A stretch of DNA of 64,000 nt from Promethearchaeota archaeon Loki_b32 (GTDB lineage: Archaea; Asgardarchaeota; Lokiarchaeia; Sigyniarchaeales; SOKP01), in contig NJBH01000005.1 of assembly GCA_005223125.1 (NCBI GenBank), forward strand, positions 126,780-190,779, written 5' to 3'. Every line of letters starts with the position of its first letter. Within the stretch, counting starts at the first letter, position 1. This document shows, piece by piece, positions 1 through 9,733 of this stretch. The translations under genes were made by a program, and so were the position numbers. The notes under the pieces were generated by a model. That model was not told where the DNA came from. It saw only the letters and a program-made list of their open reading frames with translations, and did no database searches.

Positions 1-109
1 GACCTATACTTAAAATAATCAAGCCCATAAACAAATCCCATATCCCGTCATCAAATATTGACCTATACGCTTTTCTCTCAAGTGCTTTTAATTCATCATC
101 TTCAGACAT
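1..109 (-). CDS. Membrane protein, third tandem paralog (partial, runs off window start)
   Basis: Not in ORF track; manual translation MSEDDELKALERKAYRSIFDDGIWDLFMGLIILSIG matches the N-termini of the two upstream paralogs (LKEIEKKSWRSTFEDGILDIYFG); GGAGG SD upstream. Confidence 0.8.
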   Translation of the reverse strand, partial: MSEDDELKALERKAYRSIFDDGIWDLFMGLIILSIG

Positions 110-112
110 TAA

Positions 113-751
113 TTAACTCACCTCCTCCTTCTTTAATGGATACTTTTTAAGAAATTTAATAAAAATGACCAATCCTATAAAAAAAATAATACCTCCTATA
201 ATCCCATATGATAAAAGCCATCTAATTCTATAATCTATGGGATCATATAATAGCTCGTTGATGAATATAGCCAACCATATAAGCATTCCAATAAAATATA
301 ATCGTGGATATTTCATTAAATATGCTATAATAGCGAAAATGGGTATAAAAAATAAACCTATCATTAATATAAACATCATTCCTTCTACGTGTATTCCACG
401 ACCAATTCCAATAACTAATAGGATAACAAATGTTAAATGGATTACAAATTGAATAAAAGTAACAATGAATAACTTCTTTCTCATTGATTTTAAGGATGGA
501 CCAGGTTTAGCAATTCCTGTTCTAGGCTGAATGACGTATTTGATAATAATAAAAAGTAATAAATCTGCAATTATAACAAGAATTAATGGCCATAAAAAAT
601 ATTTATGTGGTGAAGGTAGACTCTCACGGAAAAAAGGACCAAACGCCATTCCCGTTACAACAAAACCAATAAACATATCAAAAAAACCATGTTGGTGAGC
701 TGATTTGAGAATGTTTTTCTCAATAACTTTCAAATCAATATTCTCTGCCAT
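113..751 (-). CDS. Multi-pass membrane protein (paralog of 754..1401)
   Basis: About 6 hydrophobic segments; shares LKxIEK..DG/HG..D, QPRxG and KFxxKYP motifs with its neighbour. Confidence 0.8.
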   Translation of the reverse strand: MAENIDLKVIEKNILKSAHQHGFFDMFIGFVVTGMAFGPFFRESLPSPHKYFLWPLILVIIADLLLFIIIKYVIQPRTGIAKPGPSLKSMRKKLFIVTFIQFVIHLTFVILLVIGIGRGIHVEGMMFILMIGLFFIPIFAIIAYLMKYPRLYFIGMLIWLAIFINELLYDPIDYRIRWLLSYGIIGGIIFFIGLVIFIKFLKKYPLKKEEVS

Positions 752-753
752 TT

Positions 754-1401
754 TTAAGTCATCTCCTCTTTAGATAATGGGTATTTCCGAATGAATTTAA
801 TTAAAGATATAATCCCCATAGCTATTATTGCGCCACTTACAATGCTAAATACTATTAAAGTATCGAAAGGTTCAGGTATAAAAATTGAGAATAGATCTGA
901 TAAAAAGAAACTCAATCCCACCAGCAAGCCTATAAAGTAAAAACGGGAATATTGTATGAAATAAGCGGCAAAACATATAGGAGCTGTTATAAAGAGTAAT
1001 CCAAGAATTAATCCTTCTAAATATCCAGGAAAATCCAAACTTAATTCAGGGTTAATAAACCGGATTAAAAAGAGGATTAAAAGAATAATAAAATTTATGG
1101 ATAACATAATTAATGTCTTTAATTTACGTCCTTTTCGTTTCAATCCAAATTTTACTACACCTAACCTAGGTTGAGTAATAAATTTTTTTGTAGTTAAAAA
1201 AAAAGCTAACCCAATTCCAATAAAAATAAATGGTATAAATTTATCGAAAGGATTAGGCACCACAGGACTAAGGGTCATACCCATACCAATACCTAAAACT
1301 AATATACCAAAATAAATATCCAAAATTCCATCTTCAAAAGTAGATCTCCATGATTTTTTCTCGATTTCCTTTAAATCAATATTTTCTGTTATTTTTTTCA
1401 C
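754..1401 (-). CDS. Multi-pass membrane protein
   Basis: About 6 TM segments, ITQPRLG and KFIRKYP motifs; tightly spaced operon. Confidence 0.8.
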   Translation of the reverse strand: MKKITENIDLKEIEKKSWRSTFEDGILDIYFGILVLGIGMGMTLSPVVPNPFDKFIPFIFIGIGLAFFLTTKKFITQPRLGVVKFGLKRKGRKLKTLIMLSINFIILLILFLIRFINPELSLDFPGYLEGLILGLLFITAPICFAAYFIQYSRFYFIGLLVGLSFFLSDLFSIFIPEPFDTLIVFSIVSGAIIAMGIISLIKFIRKYPLSKEEMT

Positions 1402-1415
1402 CTTAATATTAAATC

Positions 1416-1511
1416 TTAGGTTATTTTATCTAAGAACATCATAGTAAGCACTACAAAAATTGCAGAAAATGCAATTATTAATATGATTCTTAAAAGTAAT
1501 AACTTATCCAT
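1416..1511 (-). CDS. 31-aa single-TM micropeptide
   Basis: MDKLLLLRIILIIAFSAIFVVLTMMFLDKIT; strong AAGGAGGAG SD just upstream of ATG; co-oriented within the operon. Confidence 0.55.
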   Translation of the reverse strand: MDKLLLLRIILIIAFSAIFVVLTMMFLDKIT

Positions 1512-1603
1512 TTATTTCTCCTCCTTTGTTTTATTTTTTTTTATTTCTTAATTGATAACTTATTAAAAAAAAAAGAAATATGTATAATTTCTTGGTTAAA
1601 ATT

Positions 1604-3283
1604 TTACTCCAGTTTATTCAATTTTTTCATGCCAAAATATAGGATTGGAAGACTAACTCCAATGATGTAAAGAAATAAAGGAATTTGTAAAACTAATCTC
1701 AGTAATTCAATACTCCTTGGTCTAAAGAACACCAATAATCCTATTGGCAAAAACAGAAGTGGTTGCAGTAGTAACATAGAGATCATAGCATTTCCTTTCA
1801 TGCTTGAGTCTTTCTCACCAAAAGCAGGAGAAATACATTGAAGCCCCATAGCTTGACACATTGATATCTGTGCAAATAATAGAAATTCGATAAAGAAAAT
1901 CACCGTATTTAGAAGATCAATATTCGAGAATATTGTAAGCATTGTGGTTATGAAAATTGTTAAGAAAACATTAAGTATTAACATCATTAGCAAATAAGAA
2001 TATACAATTGCTTTTATTCCCCTTGGAGATCGCTTATAGACCCATATTAGATCCTTTGAATCAACAAATGCCAGATGTCCTATAATTATACTTCCAATTC
2101 CACCCCCCATAGCGATTAGTATAGTGGAACTGAAGACTGTCATAAATGCATCATCATTCATTCTTGAAATAAACCAACTCATAAACCCTAAAAGCCCTAC
2201 TACATAGGCAACTCTGGCAATATTCGCCTTTTTTCTGAAAAATCTCTTTAGTTGCAGAACTATTAAGCCACCCCACTTACGACCGGAAATTTTTCTTACA
2301 AGCACATAAAATAGATTTTCATGCTCGATGATCGTAACACTGCTCTTTTCAATGCCTCCTTCTAAAGTATAAAACGATTCAGCTTTTTTATATGAAACAT
2401 ATAAAGTAATAATTGGGATACCAACGGCTAATAGAACACTTATCCATATATTTAGAATGAATGTATTGAGTAAAACTGGATCTATAGAGTATAATATGAT
2501 ATTTGAAAACCATAGAGATGGATAAAATGCCAACCAGTTTTTTAGTTCAGGGTGTTCCAATAGAAAATTAAGGAAAAACATTACGGCATACATAATAACA
2601 ACCAAAATAATTGTAAATACCCATATCAAAGTCTTTCCTAAATCCCTTGCTTTTTCATTTTTTGAAATTTTATGTTCAAACCAACTTGCGATAATTGATC
2701 CTATTAGATTGGCAAAGTATACATGACCAAAAACTGTCCCATATATTACGACATACTGAATTAAAGTCAATTCAATGATGGGATTTATCAATCCTACGAT
2801 AATCGGAGCAAGTATTAATATTGCAATAGAATATATTGGAGATTTGCCCAAGAATTCCCCTAAAAAGATATCATTTTCCTTAACTGGTGTTGCCAGCAAA
2901 GTTTCTTTGGTTGCACCTTCGTTTTCCTTATAAATATTGTTTAATGGGTATATTACAAGCACTAAAAACAACATCATCATGATAGATTCGATGGTAATTG
3001 CAACCACGGGTTTGAATACATCGGAGAATTGAACTGCCAAAGTTGGTATAAACAAATCGAATAGATAGGGAGCGATAATCACCGCCCATATTACTAAAAG
3101 CGAATACAATGCTATAAAAAATAATCTACGATGATTTCGAAAACTACTTGTTCTTATCCTTATCTCATTCCTTGCTATTATTTTCCATGAACTCCTTTTT
3201 TGATGTGCTAGATTAAGTGAAAATTTTCCCTTAATATTATCTGTGGATGAATCGATTACCTCCTCTTCTGTTAGAACCGTCAT
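1604..3283 (-). CDS. ABC exporter permease
   Basis: Many TM helices, ETLLATPV...IFLGEFLG motif typical of ABC-2-type permeases; directly downstream of ABC ATPase. Confidence 0.8.
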   Translation of the reverse strand: MTVLTEEEVIDSSTDNIKGKFSLNLAHQKRSSWKIIARNEIRIRTSSFRNHRRLFFIALYSLLVIWAVIIAPYLFDLFIPTLAVQFSDVFKPVVAITIESIMMMLFLVLVIYPLNNIYKENEGATKETLLATPVKENDIFLGEFLGKSPIYSIAILILAPIIVGLINPIIELTLIQYVVIYGTVFGHVYFANLIGSIIASWFEHKISKNEKARDLGKTLIWVFTIILVVIMYAVMFFLNFLLEHPELKNWLAFYPSLWFSNIILYSIDPVLLNTFILNIWISVLLAVGIPIITLYVSYKKAESFYTLEGGIEKSSVTIIEHENLFYVLVRKISGRKWGGLIVLQLKRFFRKKANIARVAYVVGLLGFMSWFISRMNDDAFMTVFSSTILIAMGGGIGSIIIGHLAFVDSKDLIWVYKRSPRGIKAIVYSYLLMMLILNVFLTIFITTMLTIFSNIDLLNTVIFFIEFLLFAQISMCQAMGLQCISPAFGEKDSSMKGNAMISMLLLQPLLFLPIGLLVFFRPRSIELLRLVLQIPLFLYIIGVSLPILYFGMKKLNKLE

Positions 3284-3290
3284 TTATAAT

Positions 3291-4124
3291 CTACCTCGAT
3301 TTTTTGCTTTTCTTTTTCTTTTTTTTACTATTATTAGATTCATGATTAATAGAATTCTCCTCTCTCCAACCAAGTAGATCATCTATATGAGAAGCCCCAG
3401 TAATTTTTAAGTATGCTTCCTCTAAAATTTCAGCACCAACAGAGTCAATTATTTCTTTTGGACTACCTTCAATTTTTAGCTGCCCATCTATAATTAACCC
3501 AATTACGTCACATAATTCTTCAGCTGTATCAAGAAGATGGGTACAAATAAAGATTGTCTTATCTGCTTTCTTAGCTAGTTGAGATATTAAATCTTTTACC
3601 ATTCTAGCAGCTGCAGGATCTAAATTCGATGTAGGCTCATCCAAAAATAATATTTCAGGATCTTGAATCAATGCCGCACATAAACAGACTTTTTGCTTCA
3701 TTCCTCTTGAATAGCTCTCCAAAAGATCGTTTTCTCGACCTACCAAATTGAATAACTCTATCAGTTCATTAATTCTGACGGAAATTACATCTTTTTGCAA
3801 AAAATATAATTCTCCAATAAACTCTAAGAATTCTTTTGCGGTAAGTTTAGAGTATAGTCCAGGAGATTCTGGTAAAAAACCACATATCATTTTCACTTTC
3901 TTACTTTCAGAAACAATATCATACCCGCCGACTGATGCATTTCCTGAAGTCTTAGAGATAATTGCATTAAGCATTCTTACAGTTGTAGTTTTTCCAGCTC
4001 CATTTGGTCCCAATAAACCATATGTTTTTCCATAAGGAATATTTAAAGTTAATTTGTCGACTGCAAGAACAGTACCAAAATTTTTAGAAAGATTCTGAGT
4101 TCTAATTGCGTATGCTTTACTCAT
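3291..4124 (-). CDS. ABC transporter ATP-binding protein
   Basis: Walker A GPNGAGKTT, signature YSRGMKQK, Walker B LFLDEP, H-loop CTH. Confidence 0.95.
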   Translation of the reverse strand: MSKAYAIRTQNLSKNFGTVLAVDKLTLNIPYGKTYGLLGPNGAGKTTTVRMLNAIISKTSGNASVGGYDIVSESKKVKMICGFLPESPGLYSKLTAKEFLEFIGELYFLQKDVISVRINELIELFNLVGRENDLLESYSRGMKQKVCLCAALIQDPEILFLDEPTSNLDPAAARMVKDLISQLAKKADKTIFICTHLLDTAEELCDVIGLIIDGQLKIEGSPKEIIDSVGAEILEEAYLKITGASHIDDLLGWREENSINHESNNSKKKKKKSKKSR

Positions 4125-4180
4125 CTTTTTTTACCTCCTTTTATTTTTTTAATTTTTTTTTTTAATTTTAAAATTTGAAG

Positions 4181-4462
4181 TTATAATATACTTAGAATTA
4201 AATTCATGCTCTCAGTTATGATTAAGCATGACATTAATACCCATAATACTTTTTTATATTGAAATGATTTATTTTGTTTCATTTCTAGCTCCTTCTTAGT
4301 TTCTAAATAAACTGCTGGCATAACTATAAGAAATATTGGAATCATATATCGTTCTCCAGGTGCTGCAAACAAAAAATTATATAAAATTAATAATAAACTT
4401 ACAATGTCCGAGATAACCAATGAAGCAATCAAACCTCTCTCAGATGTATTCAAAGTTTTCAA
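4181..4462 (-). CDS. Small membrane protein
   Basis: 3 hydrophobic segments; AGGTGA SD before TTG. Confidence 0.6.
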   Translation of the reverse strand: MKTLNTSERGLIASLVISDIVSLLLILYNFLFAAPGERYMIPIFLIVMPAVYLETKKELEMKQNKSFQYKKVLWVLMSCLIITESMNLILSIL

Positions 4463-4608
4463 TATCCCTCACCTTTTTCTTATCCATTTTTTTCATCACT
4501 TCTTTTTTTTCTAAACCTAAATTGAACTAATTGATATATTTTAAATTTGATTACCTAAATTGGACTAAGAGTATAAACTATGAATTTGATTTTACTTCTC
4601 TTATCCAG

Positions 4609-4692
4609 TGGGACTTTCTTAAGTCCCAATAATATAATAGAAAAGTTACTATTTAAAGCTTTGTATTGCAAAGTACAATTGAATGACAAAGT
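4609..4692. promoter_or_regulatory. Candidate operators upstream of the ABC/membrane operon
   Basis: Inverted repeat TGGGACTT-N4-AAGTCCCA (4609-4628); CTTTG-N5-CAAAG (4659-4673) with a partial tandem copy (4676-4692), adjacent to a TTTAAA box. Confidence 0.45.
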
Positions 4693-4853
4693 TGAGAACC
4701 AATACAAAGTTATAATTAAATTAATTAAAAATAATATATATTAAAAAATTGGGCAGATTTGCCTGTAAATCTGAATTATTGTAGGATAAATGTTTTAATA
4801 GACATAATATGATTTAAGAAAAAGCGAGATTCTTTAATAATTTAATAAATAAA

Positions 4854-5837
4854 TTGAAATTTGAAGGTATAAATAATATTAAATCATATTATTATAATAA
4901 TCCAAAATTACAAGTGATTTTAAAAATGGAAAGTAGTTATGTCCATAGAACGATTAGGAAAAGAGAAGATGTAGGTAGACAAGGAACAATATGTTCATTA
5001 AAATTTACGCCTGATGGTAAAAATATTGTTTGTGCTTCAAAAAACTACATTGAAGTATGGGATATTGAATCTGGCAATCAAATTAGAAAAATTAAAGCGA
5101 CCACAGGTACGTTTAGTTGGGTAAATGATGTTGCAGTTTCTCTAGATGGAAAATATATTGCGTCTGGAATAGAAAATATTAGAATAAAAGTGTGGGAATT
5201 TTCATCTGGAAACTTAGTATGGGAAGCTAAGACAATGAGCGCTGTCATAAAGGTTGATGTTTCTGCTGATGGGAAGTATGTAATTGGAGCAGCTACGCCA
5301 TATAGTGGAATACGCACATGGGATTTGGAAACAGGGGAATTAATTGATAAATTTAAAACGGGGGGATATTCTAGGACATTTGCAATCTCGTCAGATAATA
5401 ATTATATAGTTTATCAGAAGGGAAAAAAAGCCATTTATGTATGGGATGTTTCAAGCAGAACTAAAATCAGAGAACTTAAAACTAAAAAAATCGGGTGGGT
5501 TTACGCGCTCGTAATAACCCCTGATATGAAATATGTCATTAGTGGTTCATATAATAAGCGTATACATGTTTGGGATTTTTCTACAGGTGAAAAAATTACT
5601 ACAATTGAGGGTCATAAGGGGCCAGTGTATTCTCTTGTATGTACTCCTGATGGAAAATATTTAATCAGTGGATCAGGGGATTGGACTATAAAAATATGGG
5701 AGATATCCACTGGTCAATTAACTCGCACTTTAACCGGGCACAAGGGTGCGGTATTTGCGGTTGCAATCTCACCTGATGGAAAATATATTGCCGGTGGATC
5801 AACGGATCAAACTATAATAATATGGAAAATTACATAG
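4854..5837 (+). CDS. WD40 beta-propeller protein (likely start ATG 4926)
   Basis: About 7 repeats with GH...SGS.D.TIKIW, PDGKY and WD/WE ends. Confidence 0.93.
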   Translation: MKFEGINNIKSYYYNNPKLQVILKMESSYVHRTIRKREDVGRQGTICSLKFTPDGKNIVCASKNYIEVWDIESGNQIRKIKATTGTFSWVNDVAVSLDGKYIASGIENIRIKVWEFSSGNLVWEAKTMSAVIKVDVSADGKYVIGAATPYSGIRTWDLETGELIDKFKTGGYSRTFAISSDNNYIVYQKGKKAIYVWDVSSRTKIRELKTKKIGWVYALVITPDMKYVISGSYNKRIHVWDFSTGEKITTIEGHKGPVYSLVCTPDGKYLISGSGDWTIKIWEISTGQLTRTLTGHKGAVFAVAISPDGKYIAGGSTDQTIIIWKIT

Positions 5838-5920
5838 ATACAAAATCTCTTTCAATATAGAATAGATAATAGAAGATTTTTTTGAATAAAATGAGATCAA
5901 AAAAATAATGGAATTTTTTT

Positions 5921-6238
5921 TTAATTTTCTTCTTGTTTCTTGGCTTTCTTCGTTGCCTTTGCTTGTTTCAACTCAAGGAGAGTTTTTTTTAAGTAATCTG
6001 GTTTTAAATAATAAGTTAATATAAATGCACCTCCGACAAACATAGGAATTAAACACATCACAATGCTCAAAACATATAAACCAACATCGGAATATGCTCT
6101 CAAAGCTATAATAATGTTTAAAAAAACTAGACCTATGATAAAAGCTGCTATACCACTATTACGCGCCTTATTTAATTCTTTATCAGTAATTTCAATTTCT
6201 GAAATTTTACTTACGCCTCTCTTATATTTTAAATACAT
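5921..6238 (-). CDS. Small 2-TM membrane protein
   Basis: Two hydrophobic helices, charged C-tail. Confidence 0.6.
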   Translation of the reverse strand: MYLKYKRGVSKISEIEITDKELNKARNSGIAAFIIGLVFLNIIIALRAYSDVGLYVLSIVMCLIPMFVGGAFILTYYLKPDYLKKTLLELKQAKATKKAKKQEEN

Positions 6239-6328
6239 TTCAAGATATGGGTAATCATCCTTATTTCATTCCGGAACAAAAATATTTCTTAAATTAGGAA
6301 TAGATTACAAAAAATTTACGATTAAACT

Positions 6329-6919
6329 TTAAATTTTCCTACAAACCAATTCTCCTTTTCCGATAGGCACTATCAAAGCATCTACTCGCCCATCAGCAAG
6401 TGCTTTATCCAACATCGGTTTTAAAGTTTTATAATGATTAATCGCATTATCGGCTATAAGAATACCCCCTTTAACCATATTTGGTATTACTAGATCATAA
6501 CAATCTTCATAAACTTCTTTCTCAGCATCTAAAAAGCAAAAAGAAATGTTCTTATATTTTGGAATATAATCTCGTGCATCACCCTCAATTAATTCGATAA
6601 CATCTTTTAAATTAGTTAACCTGAATGTTTCTCTAGCTAATTCAGCTTTTTCTTTTAAAATTTCAAATGTAATTAGTTTATTTCCATTGAGTTTACATGC
6701 AAGAACTATCCAAAGAGCAGAATATCCTGCACTAGTCCCTATTTCTAAAAATTCCCCTTTTGGAGCACTAGCAGCGAGAAGTGATATAAATTTACCGGTT
6801 TCAGGGGGGATCTGACGGAGTCTTTTCATTCTAGGTGTCCCATCAAGTCGATCTTGAGTATCCAATTTTTCTAAGTATTCCATTCGATCTTTTATTACAT
6901 CAGGTATACTATGAAACAT
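6329..6919 (-). CDS. Class I SAM-dependent O-methyltransferase (CCoAOMT-like)
   Basis: [22 protein letters not shown] motifs. Confidence 0.9.
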   Translation of the reverse strand: MFHSIPDVIKDRMEYLEKLDTQDRLDGTPRMKRLRQIPPETGKFISLLAASAPKGEFLEIGTSAGYSALWIVLACKLNGNKLITFEILKEKAELARETFRLTNLKDVIELIEGDARDYIPKYKNISFCFLDAEKEVYEDCYDLVIPNMVKGGILIADNAINHYKTLKPMLDKALADGRVDALIVPIGKGELVCRKI

Positions 6920-6959
6920 ATCTCATCAATTTGGATTATTTGAAAAATTATAAAATGAA

Positions 6960-7805
6960 TTAGATAATTTTAAAGTTTGTCATTTTGGTACTAATCTCCC
7001 AGATTCGCTTAGCATTTTCTTCATTGTAAGATTCTTCGGAAGACTTATGTTGTTCCTTTTTCGTCCAGTATTTACCTGTTATGCCCTCTACATCAGGAGA
7101 CGAAGCTAGATAAATTGATGTTTCTGCTCCTTTCTCTGGACCTTTGAAAAATGCTTTTCCAAAACCCTGGCTAAATTTAGATTGATCTCGACCTAAATTA
7201 GTATTAATCAAACCAGGATGGAGAGCATTAATAGTTACACCGGTTCCTTCTAACTTCCTACTTAATTCATATGTAAAAAGCATCACTGCTAATTTTGAGA
7301 CTCCATAAACTCTAAATAAACGATACTTTTTTTTTTCACTCTGAAGATCATCAAAATCCATTTTTGCCATTCTGTGTGCTGCAGAACTTACAATAACAAT
7401 TCGACTCGGAGCACTCTTTTTTATTACGTCAAGCAATAAGTTCGTCAATAAAAATGGTGCTAGGTGATTTACGGCAAAATTCATTTCAATTCCATCAACG
7501 GATAATACCCGATTTTTAAGCATAACTCCAGCGTTATTTATTAATACGTGTAAATTTTGATATTTTTTTTTAAATTCTTCAACAAGATTTCGAATTTGCC
7601 ATTGAGACGATAAATCACAGAGTAATAAATCAATATTTTTATTTCCCGTTTGATTTATTATATCTTCTCTGGCTATTTCTCCACGCTCTTTATCACGACA
7701 AACCATTATTACTGTAGCATTCATTTCAGAGAGAGCTTTTGCTGTTTCTTTACCAATCCCAGAATTTGCCCCAGTGATCATACATATTTTTCCTTCCATA
7801 CTCAT
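6960..7805 (-). CDS. SDR oxidoreductase (retinol dehydrogenase-like)
   Basis: TGANSGIG, NNAG, YGVSK, HPG. Confidence 0.92.
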   Translation of the reverse strand: MSMEGKICMITGANSGIGKETAKALSEMNATVIMVCRDKERGEIAREDIINQTGNKNIDLLLCDLSSQWQIRNLVEEFKKKYQNLHVLINNAGVMLKNRVLSVDGIEMNFAVNHLAPFLLTNLLLDVIKKSAPSRIVIVSSAAHRMAKMDFDDLQSEKKKYRLFRVYGVSKLAVMLFTYELSRKLEGTGVTINALHPGLINTNLGRDQSKFSQGFGKAFFKGPEKGAETSIYLASSPDVEGITGKYWTKKEQHKSSEESYNEENAKRIWEISTKMTNFKII

Positions 7806-8040
7806 GGTCTACAATTCCTTCCAATTAATATTATAGTACGTATTTTTTTTGACTTATTAAATGAGATGATTAATTTTTAAAAAGAAGTAAAACATCCCTT
7901 AATCCTAAATATAGTTATATTCTCTAATCTTTAAGTTTTATTGATGTTTTATTTCAATGATATTAGGTATCTTAATATTTGAATTAGGTTCTTTCATGAA
8001 GGTAAAAAATCGGATAACATTACGTAAACGAGGAAAACGA

Positions 8041-9471
8041 TTAATATGGACAGCTTAAATCGCTTTCGAGCCAATTATCCGTTAACCCGTAAGCTGTTAA
8101 TCTACATCCTCCACAAAGATTCTTTGTAATACATTTCGAACATTTTCCTATTATTTTGCTCCTATTTCTAATTTGATTTAGAATTGTATTTTTAGTCCAA
8201 ATATTATGTAAACCCTCTTTTAAGATATTTCCCAGTTTAATATGTCCTGCTGGAGCACAAGGTATTACAGTTCCATCACAATCTAATCCACAATAAAACA
8301 AACCTGTTGCACACCCACTAAAGAATCTGCTTAGGCGATGGAGTAAATTAACTGTATTTCCATCAAATAGATCTTGATATTTTGCCTCGTAACCAGTTAA
8401 TATTTCACATAGAGGATAATAGTGACCATTACTTAATTCATAACACGATCTACTAAAATATGGCATTCCCCTCCCTAAAACTTCTAAAGATTGATTGTCT
8501 TCAATATTTTCAATGAATTTTTCTGCCATAAATTTCATGACATTGTATTTTGTTTTTTTGTCAACATCGTGGGTCATATAATATTTACCTCTACCTACTG
8601 GCAGTATACGAGACACATAAAATCGTGTTGCGCCTAAATTTTTGACGTATTCATATATTTGAGGAATTTCCTCATAATTAAAATCCGCCAATGTAGTATT
8701 AATTATTAATTCATCAAATTTACCAAATTCAATAGCATTATTTATCCCATCAATTGCTAAATCAAATGCTCCAGGTATATTACGTAAATTATCATGTTTA
8801 TTCTTAGAAAGGCTATCTAAACTAATTGAAACACTACGTACACCGGTATCATATATTTTTTGACAAATATCTTTCGTCATTAACGTTGCATTTGTGGAAA
8901 GAGACGGATAGATATTATTATCTTGAGTATACATCATAACCTCAAATAGATCATCTCTCGTAAGAGGTTCTCCACCACAAAAATTAACAGTAATAACATC
9001 ATTTGCAGCCAATATATCTATTACTCTTTTTGCTTCCTCAGTTGTAAGTTCGTTTTTAGATTTTTGTTTGAATTTTGAATCAGAAAAGCAATGAGAACAT
9101 CTTAAATTACATTTTTTAGTATAATTCCAAACAATACTCAAAGGAGCTCCTGTGACAAATGGCATCCTTAATCCAAATATGGCAAGCCCTTTGAATATAT
9201 TCTTTAAGACCTTTCTAAAGGTTTTATCTGCATAGAATTTATAAAAAATATGAGAACTTATATCAAAAAAAGAAAACCACCTCATCAACACAAATTTAAA
9301 AGCATTTGCTTGAAATCGACATCTGGAGCATAAATTATCATTTTTACCAAAAATATAATCTAAAATTCCATCAAATCTATTAGTATTGCATTTTTTGCAT
9401 GTTTTAGTAAAGTTTCTTCCAAAACTCATCATCCCCTGCTTTAATAATGGGATAGAAAAAGCATTAAACAT
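8041..9471 (-). CDS. Radical SAM / SPASM protein
   Basis: CNLRCSHC, GGEP, C-terminal SPASM cysteines (CATG...PC...CSKC...CGGCR...C); extra N-terminal CxxC...CxxC. Confidence 0.92.
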   Translation of the reverse strand: MFNAFSIPLLKQGMMSFGRNFTKTCKKCNTNRFDGILDYIFGKNDNLCSRCRFQANAFKFVLMRWFSFFDISSHIFYKFYADKTFRKVLKNIFKGLAIFGLRMPFVTGAPLSIVWNYTKKCNLRCSHCFSDSKFKQKSKNELTTEEAKRVIDILAANDVITVNFCGGEPLTRDDLFEVMMYTQDNNIYPSLSTNATLMTKDICQKIYDTGVRSVSISLDSLSKNKHDNLRNIPGAFDLAIDGINNAIEFGKFDELIINTTLADFNYEEIPQIYEYVKNLGATRFYVSRILPVGRGKYYMTHDVDKKTKYNVMKFMAEKFIENIEDNQSLEVLGRGMPYFSRSCYELSNGHYYPLCEILTGYEAKYQDLFDGNTVNLLHRLSRFFSGCATGLFYCGLDCDGTVIPCAPAGHIKLGNILKEGLHNIWTKNTILNQIRNRSKIIGKCSKCITKNLCGGCRLTAYGLTDNWLESDLSCPY

Positions 9472-9733
9472 CTTAATTAAACCATTTCAACAAAAATACA
9501 TTGATATTAATGATTCAATTGATCAAATTAAATAAGTTTTTGATTTTTTCGACTAAATTTTTTCCATATTGTTTCAAACCACCCTAAATTGAAAGGAATA
9601 TCTCTTATATTTTCCCCTTCGATTATCAGATCTTGGAATTTCTCTTTAAAAAAACCAAATATCTAAAAAAATAAAATTTACTATAAATCCTATTTATTTT
9701 TAATTATATATTATATTATTACTATTTTAGTTA

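Noticed and set aside
4035-4044. AGGAATATTT match to the start of guide A inside the ABC ATPase gene
   Set aside because: Only 10 nt in AT-rich DNA; expected by chance
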